Positions 23,010 to 34,804 of a stretch of 64,000 bases of DNA are shown here, in pieces (position 1 is the first letter of the stretch; every line of letters begins with the position of its first letter). The stretch is from the NCBI GenBank assembly GCA_000708835.1, contig DF236995.1, positions 62,001 to 126,000 on the forward strand. The letters are read 5' to 3'. The translations under genes were made by a program, and so were the position numbers. Source of the DNA: Klebsormidium nitens (taxonomy: Eukaryota > Plantae > Klebsormidiophyceae). Below the pieces are notes generated by a model that was not told the origin of the DNA, made no database searches, and saw only the letters and a list, made by a program, of their open reading frames with translations.

Positions 23010-26000
23010 CTACTCCAATCTTTGCACCTTGCTCATTTCCTCTTCCTTTCCCTCCTCTCTCCTTCGTTTCGCCTCCTGTCGCCGCCTCCCCGCCATTGCA
23101 AACGATGCTTCTTCGTACTCCCGCCTCAGCTCCTCGTGCAATGGAACCCCAACCGTCCCTTCAAGGCACTGCTGCAGTTTTCCTTCCGCTCGTTCCGCTC
23201 TCTCCGCTCCTTCCGCTCGATTTGCTTCTTCCCAGTCCGCCGGCCGCCCGGCACTTCCCGAGCACTGTTGCAGCCCGGAGCCCATCCTACGCACTCCCGA
23301 CCCACTTGCTTGCGCCTCGAAAGAACCGTGAGCGTCCGCCCCCGAAGTGTGATCTTTACTCCTCCCCTCAACCGAAGCGTTCGGAAAAGTCCCCCCGACC
23401 AGCACAGTGCCCGTTCTAAGAACCCCCGATCCGTGTGCCTGCGCCCCGACAGAATCCTGAGTGTCCGCGCCAGAAGCGCGGTTACCACTCGTCTTCTCAA
23501 ACGGAGCGGTCGGGGTTGTCCCCCTGAGCGCGTCTAACTGACACGCGCTGGCCCCCTTTCTCCTGGAAGCTTCCGGACCGGAACCCTGGCTTCCGCTCTG
23601 AGCACGGCGCGCAGCCCCGCTGACGTCCGCGCCCACTCTCCTGCTGTTCTCACCACCCAGCGATTGCCTAAACATTGCCGTGGCGCTCCGTTGACTGCCG
23701 GGCTCCTCTTTCTGAGTGTCCCCTGGATTACTTCCCTTGCTCGGCTGAGCACTCGCAGTTCCCCCGATGCCCCTGCCGTTCCGTCCGCCGAAGAGCATCT
23801 CCGCATCTGCACTCACTCTCCGCCCCGCATTCACGTCGGGACCCAATGTTCCGGTTCCTTCTGCGGTTGCTCCTGCGGTTGAAGCGGCATTCTCTCCCAA
23901 ATCTGCCCTTGTATACTCGTCTGAGTTCGCTCCCCGATACCCCTCTACGTTCACCCCCCCAGTCTCCCATGATTTCAACCCCTCCTTCTCGCCTGCTTTT
24001 ATACCCCCCCCACCGTCATCCCTCGATTGCGCGCCCCCGTCTCCCCCCCTAACTTCTCCACCCCCACTCGAACTTGCTCCTGTGCGAACCCCTGCGCTCT
24101 CCCCTGCAGCCAGCCCCCTTCGGGGCGCCAGCATCTCCGTGATTCGCGGCTGGTTGAGCGGCCGCCCCTTGAGCCGGTGTTGCTGCGCCACGCTCATGTG
24201 ATCGTGCGCGCCATTCAGAACTTCCCCCACGTTCTCCAGCTTTCGCCGCACCGACTCCCACATGATGTCGTCGGACGTTTCCTGCAGCGGCCACGTGGCG
24301 CCTGGTGAGTTGTCGAGGCAAGTCGAGACTACGTCTGCGGTGTACATTCCAGCATTACGACGTTTACAGAGATCGGTCTGCCCCATCCTGGGGGGCGCCC
24401 GTTACAACATCGAGCGAAGCAAAGGTAGAAGCCACCTGGCAGCTCAAGACCGTCACGTTCAGTTGGATTGGACGAACGGCCTTAGTTCTTGCCCGGCAAA
24501 AATACGGATTCCAGAACGGTTCTGTGGAAACAGCCCGCCCGGTGGCCAGCGCAACCTAAGGCAGGCGGTGCTTGTATTAGTTGAGTGGAGATCAAAAACC
24601 GGAAGGTTGCATCTGATCAACTGGCCGTGAAAGGGCCGGGCCGTAGAGAAAAACTCTCAAGCAGATTGGAACGCTCGCGCACCTGAGCGAGTAGGTACAG
24701 GACGTTGACACTGGAGCTCTGCCCAATGCGGTGGCACCGGTCCTGCACAGTGACGTCACGCTGGCGTCAGTGAGGGGTTTGGCGAAGCCTTTCCCGCATA
24801 AGTCTAGACCTTTTCCGAAGCAACCTCTTTGTTCAAAAGCTTCCCGGCAATTAACCCTCGTCACCGATTCGATAACCATATTGCTTGGGCCCGCCCCTAG
24901 TAAACGCTTCTGTCACGACGCATACGCTTACCTCTGCTTGCAGTAGATCGCCCGGCAGCCACGACAGCTCAATGAACACCACAGTCTGTGCAGCGTGCAA
25001 TGTCAACCCCACTCCGGCAGCCTGGTAAAATAGACGTGGTTAGATTGGGCGGCTTCGGTCCTTGACCCACATTTCAGTCATCCAAGGTCGATAAGGTGGA
25101 GGCTTCCAAATCCGTGGCAAGCCCGCTCGTGGTTTGGAGGATGAGACGAAGCTTTTCGTACATGTGGCAATTCTCCATTCAACAATCTAATCATTTTTTT
25201 TCGAGTCTGCCTCGGACAAGTGTATGTCTCAGAATCTGAAGCTGCCACCCACCATTGAAATATTCAATCAGAGTCCTGTGCAGTTTCCAACTGATTCCCG
25301 CGTTCATTCACTTCTGCGTACGGTACTTGTCAAGCAACTCCAGGCATGCAGGTGACCGCCCGCTAACCCGAAGCGTGGTTAGGTTTTACCTACTTTGATG
25401 CTCAGCAGAGCGACTTTACAATTAGGCTCCTCCTGGAACCGGGCGACCTGCAGAATTGACAAATCCGGTCAAGCCTCGGAAAAGGTGGCGAAACAGTGCT
25501 CAATAAGCTGTTCGCTTATCGTAGAGACTGAAAGACTCTGAGATCGGATCCACTTTTTGATCGTCAAAGCTCGAGGGGCAGGACTTTCAACCTTGTAAGT
25601 ACCCATTCGTTTTCTCCTGAACCCACCAATCGCGACCGGATCACACTACTGGCGATAATCCTGAAATAGCGTGCCTATACCATGGAATGAACGTCAGAGA
25701 TATTCAAGCTTTGCGTCATCATTGTTGCCAAGTCTTGTGAACCGACAGATCGCTCACCAGGCCAGTCCGTTCCGCTGGCGGTGTCGACCCGTCGATCCTG
25801 ATGTACTGGTTGTCCCGGCTGGCCCACTTCTTGAGCGTCGCTTCCATCATGTCCTGCGGGCAAGTGACGAATTTCAGGGGGCCGATTCAGGCAATCGATG
25901 CCCCTAATATCAGAGCGAATAACCCGCTGAAGTCAACGGGGAAAGAAGACCAATTCAGAATGTGAGAGGCGCACTAAAGCTGGCCCCCGGGGAAAATGTG

Positions 26001-29000
26001 CTCTCATGCTCTACTCGTAGCAACGATACGGGCAGATCAATATCGTCGAGGGTTGCAGTTCAAGAACTGTATATTTTTGAAGGGCCACAGAGCAGGCAGC
26101 TTATGATTAACGCAAGGGATAGATGGCCCTGGATCTGCTTGTGGCGACAAAATAAGAGGCTAGTATAAGTACAGAGTATGAATCGGGCCCCATTAGTACA
26201 AAGCGTCGGGTCAACCCATTTTCGGCGACCGGACAGCCCGAGTATTGCTTTCGAAGTCGCCTCTCTTGGCAATCCAAAAATCTGTTGCAACTAATGCCGC
26301 CTTCTACCGCTGCGATGCTTTATCGGTGACAATTACCAACGCACTCTCAAAATTAGCGAAAAACAAGAACAAGAGTTACAAGCCAACTCTAAGCCTAGAC
26401 CTGGAATCAAATCAAAAGCGAACTCAGATCCCGAGCCGGACACACAACAGAGGTCAAACTCACAAGTAAACCCGGACCCCATCTCGAATCCTCACCATGA
26501 CGTGTTTATGGTGGGCAAACACCAGGAACTTTTCGTCGTGTTCCAGCAGCAACTGGATGTGGTCCTGCGCCGGCCCGCACTTCGCGATTCCCGTTTGCAC
26601 GTACAGGTCATTGAGGAGCGTGCGCTCCTCAGTTTCTAGACGTTCCCGCTCGCTAGCGTCACCCGTTACCTGAAATGTACGAAGGGTACAGATCGACCGC
26701 CCGGATTAGACCAGGGTTTGAATTATTGTTTGCATCCATTATCTTATGGAACCTAGTAGCAGGCAGCAAATGAGCCAGTCTTCACTTCGCATCAGCCCCA
26801 ACTTCGGAAAATATACAAACACTTGCTCTTCGTGGCAGGAGCATCCTTGAGCGTGCATGTGTGGAGATTCGTTCGAGACAAAACTACGGAATAGTGTCTG
26901 CTGCAATAGTGCGAAACTACAACACTCAACAAAAGCTCACACGTCACTTGACACAAGGTCACACAACCCCTAGACCGATAATCCCATGTGACGTTGAATT
27001 TTGGGAGTTTCGTTCCAATAAACACTACGCAGTGTTGCTGCTGCAACATCTTGAAAGTAAACCACTCGGCAAATGGTCACACACCACTCGACGGAATTCA
27101 CACCCCCCTAAGATCGACCAGTCCCATATGACGCTCAGTTTACAGTTCTCACCAGCTCGCGGCGCGCGCGCACGGCCGCCAGGCGCTCGTTGGTCTTCCG
27201 GACGGGCGCCATGGCCTTGTCCGGAATGTCCAGAAACACTTGCTGACGCCGCTTGGGCGGAAGCTGCTGAAGAACGTCGGCCTTGAGGCGCCGGACCATC
27301 ACCGTACTCACGAGCAAAGCGTGCAACTCCTGCCAACGTTCAGGGATTACATGGTAAGAATAGAACAAAGAAACTACGAAGGTGTGCCCAAAGTGAGCTT
27401 CCACAGATGGGTTTGCTCTGTGATGATTTTGAACGTAGAGCGATGCGTGCAGGGCGAGAGCTCATGTAGAACGTCCCCCTTGAGCCGCCGGACCATAACC
27501 GTACTTACAAGCAAAGCGTGCAACTCCTGCAGATATGGAATGTCCAAGAAATCTGGGTTTGGTTTTAGGTTGAGGCTTTGAAACGCTGTCGGAATCATAG
27601 TGAAAGTCCAGGAACACCGGCTGAACGGAAGCTGCTGTGAACCGTCGGCCTGAGGTGCCGGATCATCACTGTGCTCACGAGCAAAGCGTGAAGCCCCTGC
27701 GAAACTGCAACACAAAATTACAAACAAGTGTCCAGCTTTTCAAGATTCAAGACTTTAGCTTTTTCTTTGGAAGGTCCAAAACTCTGGGTGGGTGGCGGAC
27801 GTTTGAAAAGCGTTGACACAGGGCGTCGGCTTCAATGCACCGGAGCATCACAGTGCTCAAGAGATCAGTGCGCGCTTCTTGCAAGGGTAATCGACAAGAT
27901 TCTCAAGCTGTTAGAAGACCTGCTTTCCTGACATTCTACGATTTGTGCCGTTTCACAGTGGCTTTGCCTTGTCAGTGTCGGGCTTCTATGGAGACCGGTC
28001 GACGAAACTTGGGCGGAAGCTCGTGTGTAGCGTTAAGATAAGCCGACGGCCCGTGCTGTTGCTCATGAGCGTGGCCTCCTATTATCGCATGCCTTCAAGG
28101 GAAGCAAAAGGACTTAAGAGTCCCACTATTAGCTGCCACGTCTGGCGAAGTGAGATGTGGGAACCGATTTGAAGTTGGGACAGAAGGGGGAAAGGAAAGT
28201 CTGACCTTTAGGTTGCTCGCGCCCATGTATTCTTGTCCCGCGAAGAACTGCCGCCCGCCCTGGCAGTACCGTTCCCCGTACTCTCTCCGGTCGCTGTACA
28301 CTTTTGAGTACAGTGCCGCCAGCTGTTGTTGCAGTTCGATCGGCCGAGAAAGCGCGGGGGTGCCGGAGAGAAGGATCGCATAGCGGGAGCGTTGCACGAG
28401 GGGGAGCGCGCAGAGGGTCCGCTGCGCGGCCGGGTTCTTGATGTAGTGGCTCTCGTCGAGGATGACGAACTGCAACAAACAACGAAAAGAACGGTATCAA
28501 TAGGGGTCGAGGGTCTCAGGGGTTTAACGATTTGAGAGCTTCAGAATTTTGGGAACCCGGAGTCCCTTCACTTGACTTAGTGGCTCTCGACGAGATTGAC
28601 TAGAGGTCAAGAATGAGCCGAGGAGGGAAGAAGTGGACTGAATACACAAATTTCGGGCATCGAACTACTTCATTTGAAGAGGCTGAACATGGAATAGAGT
28701 GCATCAATTTCAGGTTTCTTGTGGCTTATGCGAAGAAGAAAGTGGAGAGTAAGGCGGGCCTTCTCTTGATCAGACTAAGCGAGAACAGCAAGGGCCGTTT
28801 GGGCAGCCCTATTCTCTCGGAGAGAGGCTGCTCAAACAACTTTGTGTACATTATTTCACCTGCCCATCAACCACTTCTTCACCTGGTCATACCAATAAAA
28901 CTTTCAGAAGAACTGCCGTCCGAAGAAGACTGTAAAACGTCTTACCTGGAAGTTCATTCCCGTCAAATCCGACTGAATCTTGTGCAGTATATCATACGAC

Positions 29001-32000
29001 AGGATGTTAATCTGCCCCTCCAGGCGCAGCCTCCCGCCGGTTTTGGCGCCGCTCGGCAACACCAGCGTATAGCCCATCGCGCGGGCCATACGAGATGGGG
29101 TGCTGACGACGACCGTGACGTCATCGGGCGTCATCCCGAGCCAGTCGACGCACATGCGCGCCCACGTGAAGCGGAGACTGCTGGGGACCAGGATCAGGAC
29201 GGGCCACGCCTCGCGGTAGCAGGCGGCGAGCGCCAGGGCCTGAGGAGAAGGTAAAGAAGGCGGGTTAAGGATAACCACGTGGTGAAAGAAGCGACGCTTA
29301 CGGTCGAGAGAGGGCGAGAGGGGTCAACGTGACTCGATGACGAAATACTACAGCTTATCCATTAAGCATATGAGAACGGGCAACGCCTTGCGATACGGGC
29401 CAGCGCTGGGGCCGCATTAGAAGATTAACGACGCGGGTTGAAGCCTGGTTGTGGGCTGACTGTGGCCTGGTCTAAAAGTAGATCAGGATGGCTGAAGACC
29501 GGGTTTCTGTTGTAATAATGCTTGTGTCAGGGGCAGGCTACTGATAGTACAGAGCCAGCGGAAGGGCCTCTTTCCAAGGGAATTTTCCAAGTGAGTCTAG
29601 GTGAGTCAGGAGCTAAATCAGGACAAGGGAAAACACGGTTGCACCACCAGCTGGAGGGTTTGACTCGGAATAACGAAGGTGGACTCAATGTGACCGTCAG
29701 AGCGGGTTGCGGGTAAGGTCTTGACAAGCAGCGGAAGGATTCACATGTAGCAGTGTTAGAACCAGCCTGGCCAAAGCGGCCTTTCGTAGAACGGACGTCC
29801 CGGGGCCTTCAACATCCTTGAAACCCTTGTTTATTACATTCGGGATGCTGTGCTAGAAAGGGTCATTCCGTCCTCGCAGTCATCCTAGACCCTCAGATGC
29901 ACCCAGCTCGTTACCGGGTGCGTGACCTTAAAATATATATCGTAGCCCATCAACAGTTTATCGAGTGCTTTGAGCACACTATGATTGTCTGATACGAAGG
30001 AAGACCACAAGACAAAACTCTCAACCATCTCGACAAGCATGATTCATTGTGTTTGTCTAGCGAAGCATGGTCCGCCACGTCAGGGAAGGCCGCGCAACAG
30101 AAGACCCACCTGTACGGTTTTCCCAAGGCCCATCTCATCTGCAGAAGACCGACGAGTTTGAGAAGTCAGCTGCTGAAGGCAGCCCACCGGACCTCCTTTT
30201 GATCCTTCCCCAAGGATTACATGGTTGGGTTCGTGACAAGCAATCCAATCACAAGACGAGAGGGAAAGCAACAACTGCCAGCTTTGACATCTGTGACTCT
30301 TCAAGCGTGCCAACGAGAAACTTAAAAAGTGTAATCGGGCAGTACATCATTCAAGGAAAACGGATTATTATTTACAGTTCGTCCGGCCAAAAGGTTTCTA
30401 GATCTTTGACAAACCGCCTTCCTGGCTTACCGAGGCGAATCAGGGTCGGCATCAACATATCACTGGGGGCCATCAAGCCAACCCAAAGCGACCCACCTGG
30501 CTCTCCAGTTTAGTGCTTTGCTTTGGTCCCACACGTGGAAAAGACTCAATTTGAAACAGAGTCAATGGCCATCGTGCCGGCCCTCGAATCGGTGTACCTG
30601 CCCGTTTCGGATCCATGTTCCGATTGAGTTTTTAACTTTTCCTTCTCATAGGGGTAATGCCAGAGTAGAATCTATCCGTCCCCCTTGCTGCAGCGCCCAT
30701 TCGCCCTCTAAAGACGAGAGACAAATGCACCTTAGAAAGCGCACCTGCGATGAAGACCCGCCCCCCCTGCTGCAGCGCCCACTTGACCCCCTCTCTCTGG
30801 AACTCCATCAGGCGCTCCTTGAGCCCCCCGTCAAGCATCCGATCGTACCGCTCCGCATCGTCTTTCTCGAGCGCCCCCGCCGCTGCGATAGACGCCGCCT
30901 CCATGGCTTTCAATACCAGGGGGTGAAGCGGGACGATGCTGACGTCGACGTTCGGGAGTGACGTCAGCGCGGCCTCGAGCACGGTTCGCTGCGCCAGGGG
31001 GAGGTGCCACAGCCGCTTGCCTGCGGGAAGAGAGGGGCAAGTTGTGGGAAAACTGATATTTTTCAAGTAGTGGGAATAAGCTCGTTCCCAGTAGAAGTCA
31101 AACAAGCTTTGTTTAAGGCTGTGAACATTAGCGGACAGATGACAAGAAGTGTGGGGGCTACTAGAGTATCCGACAGAGATAACGTGTTGTCAAATTGAAA
31201 AGAGAGGAAGTCCAGCCAGGCGGGTGTCCGCTCGTGCAGTCAAGAGCGGCGCTAAGACAACTCGCAGCGCCCAGTCCCAAGAGACACGCAAAGATACGAA
31301 CTCGCAGATTACTAAAATAGTACTGGCATGACGTCAAGATTGCCTTTCCAAGCATCGAATCTTCGTCGGGGCACTAGCCAAGACCAAAAGAATGCCTTAC
31401 AAAAAGATGCTTGCTCCACCTGGGTCCAACAATCGGAGCCCTTTGTCGTCCTCACCATGATTCCATTCCGCCCCTCGGACCCCCTTTACCGCCGCCTGCA
31501 CCGTCTGATCGTACGGAAACTGCACGCTTATCCTATCCCGCCCAAATATCCCCAGAGTAACCTCCACTTTCCTTTTCGGGGGGGTCGGTAGCGGCCCCTG
31601 TGGTGTCGAATTGCTGGAGACTGTACCCCCCTGACTCAGAACCTGCGGGGCTGCCGCTGTTTCAGGGGGGGTATCTTGGAAGAGTCGTTGCACGACAGAG
31701 GAGGGGGGGGGCGGAGGGCGGGGGGGGGCGCGGTTCCAGGGAGGGGGGGGTAGAGTCAGAGGCGCGATCGGCTCTACGAGGACCCCCCGGTCGGAGATTG
31801 AGCTAAGGCGTTCTAGGAGGGCGGGAAGACTAGAGAGGGGGAACGTCCACTCTTTGGCAGCGGAGTCCCAGGAACGGCCAGGCGTGGCGCGGCAAGCCTC
31901 GATTACCGACTGCAGAACCGGGTCAGAATCGGGTTAGCACATATGAACCGGAGTGTAACCCGACTCCGGCCAGGCTAGGCGGGAATCGTGTCTCTTCAGG

Positions 32001-34804
32001 TTTCAGAGCTTAACGAGATTGACGAAACAGCAACGTCTCGACCGACTGGCTTATTGGAGATCCGGGCGAGAGATTGGCTATTTCGAGGCTCTAGACCGCT
32101 GGAAATGCTCTCGCTTGACTTCTCTGGAAGTACTAGGGACAGGCTATCTGCTCCTCAGCAGAGTGCAAAAGACTGCTTCAAGTGAAAGTCGGAATAGGTC
32201 CTATATGTGATTCAAGAGTGACATCTCTAGGGAGATTGTTTTGTAAGGTAGTCCACAGCTTATCTGTCACCGGACTTTCGCTGCTCGACATGTTGTTGAC
32301 GCAATGATCCCCTTTTCGTGTTGACGAAATACAAGAGCCCACAGAGTGTGCTTTTTGTCTCCGCAATAGGAACGATACATTGTCAGAGCTTAGATTTCTG
32401 GGCACACGGACCCCATACGAGACCAGCGGGCCAACTGTACAACAGCGGGACAAATAGCGAGGCTTCTCATCGAAGCCAAAAAATAAGGCCTCAGAAATTT
32501 CAGAGACTTGCCTCTGAGTAGGCAAACTTGGCTGCAAAGCGCTCCTCCTGGCTGGATCCGGAGGTAATCCCCCGGGCGACGAGCTTCACGTGAATATTTT
32601 GAGAGGACCGGCCGGGTGACGTCACACCAGGGGCTGACGTGGAAGGAGACGGTGCGCCGGCCGCAGGGGGTTGCGGCCGCTGAGCTGGCGGGGAGTGGGC
32701 TGTATTTCGAGAAAGCAGAACGATAACTTGGAGACCGCCAAAGCTGTGATTGGAGAAAGTAGACGAGAATATGAAAACTTGGAGAGTACGCAGTTGGAGG
32801 AAGCAAAACATACGTTGGAAGGGTGAAAACTAAGCTGTATCGAAAACAGGAAAACCACGAGGCGAAAGTATGGGAGCACGCCGTCGACCGCGATTCTTCT
32901 TCAAAAGATCCGCAAAGGTTGCGTGCTTCAAGAAAGAGGGAACGACCGGATCATGATGAGCATCAAGCCTCGTCGAAGTCAAAGACCCGGCTAGGACCTT
33001 AGGCGCATTTAGCAGATCCCTAATCCAGAAGGCAGCGTCTCAAGGCAAGTCTGTGGCCAAACCTTAGAAGGATCACCCATACCTAACTTCGACCGGAATT
33101 TGAGGGGGGATACTTACGAGCTACCATCGGGGGCGGAATCTGTTGTGGGGCTCCTTCTGGGAGCCGCAAGGGGGGCACCAAATCGACCTGCGATGCACAG
33201 CACGACCCTCATTGATTCTCTGAAATTGCGCTCAATCTCTTGCGCCGAAGTAACTTGGACCGAAGTGTTGACCAGTCTAGCATTGCAGGTTGCCGTCGTG
33301 TAGATACTCAGACTCGGACTTTAAATCTGGAACCAGGCGCTCAGCTTCATCAAGCAAGGATTCTGGAAGCTGACAGAGCCGTTGAATAGGGCGCTATGCC
33401 ATCTAGATTGCCTCGGGAGACGCGTGAGGCCTCCTACCACATCTCTAAGGGGCGCTAACTTGTGATGCAACTATGAAATTGCGGCGATCGTCAAATCTGC
33501 CCGCAAAACCGACAACCATCAGCTGTCATACTGTGCAACGGGGCACATCCTGAACTGATTGTGCGCATATGATGGCCAATCGTTACCAGTGAGATGATCT
33601 AGATAAAAGCGCTGCACAAACAAGAGGTTGTTTGCCCACCTGAATTCCCGCTAGCTGACGAAGAGAAGCGACAAAGTTTGGCAGGGCCGCCTGGGGGAAG
33701 CTCCACCCCTTCGAGTCGGAGTGGAACTGGCGGCCCTCGATGCTTCGACAAACATTCACAACGCCCTGCACCGGATCACACAATTTGAACTCGAAGTAAA
33801 CGGGAAACAGTCAACGGTGTTTATCAGCAAAGCCAAACAAGGCGACTGGCATCAACTGCAAAATGTTTGAGAACGGTGCAGATGCGTGTGAGCAAGGTTG
33901 CGCAGAATAATTGACAGCTGGCGGTATGGGAGGGACAGTAGGAGCACAAGCGAGTATGGAAGCATAGAAAATTGGGGTGGCAGTTCGATAATGTGCACAC
34001 TGCTGGTGTACCTCAACACCTGCTACCTCTGTGGTCCAGCTTAGTGAACTTGCTGAGAATGGTAGACGCAGGTTGAACCCATAACTTTTTTCGAAGCGCA
34101 CGACCCAAAAATGGCGACGTATCGTACCTCTCCTAGTGGGGCAAGGTGCTGATCTGGCATTGCAGTCACAAAAGACTCCTGAGTTCAGAGCTTTAGGAAG
34201 CTATACAGAAGCGAGCTGAAAGCCCAGAATCCTCGCGGCTGGCACTTCTTCCGCAGAGAAAGATCGTTTCAAAACCATAAAATCCACTGCCCACCTCACT
34301 ATATGGGCTTCTCGCCATGACACGCCCATGTTCGCACAGATTGATCGACACCCGCAGGTTCTGCCGCCGCCCAGGGGACCCGACCGTCTGGACGGCTGGC
34401 ATTCCTTGCCCCGCACCAGCGCCCCTCTGGAAGTTTGCCTGGCGCCCGGGGGAACCAATCTGGGGACCAGGGTCCCCTCCAGTGTTTGTTCCATAGCCCC
34501 CATGCCCCCCTGGAAAAGCAACCGGGGCGCCGGAAGGATCCCCCTGAGGGGCATAGAACTGCCCGGGGGGGACACCGTGGCGTTCGGAAGGCCCTGCCTG
34601 CCGCCCAGGGGAAGCGATGTGCTGGCTTGGATAGCCGCTGTGGGGAGCCTGGCGGCGGGGGGATCCCCCTGGGGCGCCAGGTGGCGCCCTCTGATTGGTG
34701 CCGGGCACCCCAGGGAGGCTGGCTCGGCGTCGCTGCTCTACTAAGCGGTCGGCGGCTGCTAGTGCTGCTTCCAGGTCTGGGTCTAGGTTGTCAAAGTCGT
34801 CCAT
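23010..34804 (-). CDS. SMARCAL1: SMARCAL1/HARP-type SNF2-family annealing helicase, about 1377 aa
   Basis: Sixteen exons splice in frame (4134 nt): 34295-34804, 33640-33765, 33118-33187, 32512-32699, 31456-31909, 30745-31020, 30110-30138, 28946-29239, 28206-28469, 27153-27329, 26496-26669, 25758-25853, 25394-25447, 24932-25021, 24683-24742, 23010-24281. Motifs: LMEFQREGV; ADEMGLGKTVQ (Walker A); VILDESHYIKN (DExH); LLSGTPALSRPIEL; VRRLKADVLQQLPPKRRQ; KFLVFAHH; IRIDGSTP; AAGVGLTL; ELSWLPGDLLQAEDRCHRIGQ. HARP-like repeats lie N-terminal to the ATPase. Confidence 0.93.
27330..27890 (-). repeat. Three degenerate copies of the SMARCAL1 exon-10 acceptor plus exon start inside intron 9
   Basis: CAG|GAGTTGCACGCTTTGCTCGTGAGTACGGTGATGGTCCGGCGCCTCAAG is echoed at about 27470-27535, 27620-27700 and 27822-27885. 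Confidence 0.85.

Noticed and set aside
22945-24308. Multiple overlapping plus-strand and alternative-frame ORFs of 70-170 aa
   Set aside because: Shadows of the GC-rich last exon of the SMARCAL1-like gene.
23010-24386. 458-aa ORF as a standalone gene
   Set aside because: It is the terminal SMARCAL1 exon (acceptor at 24281/24282) plus read-through intron sequence.
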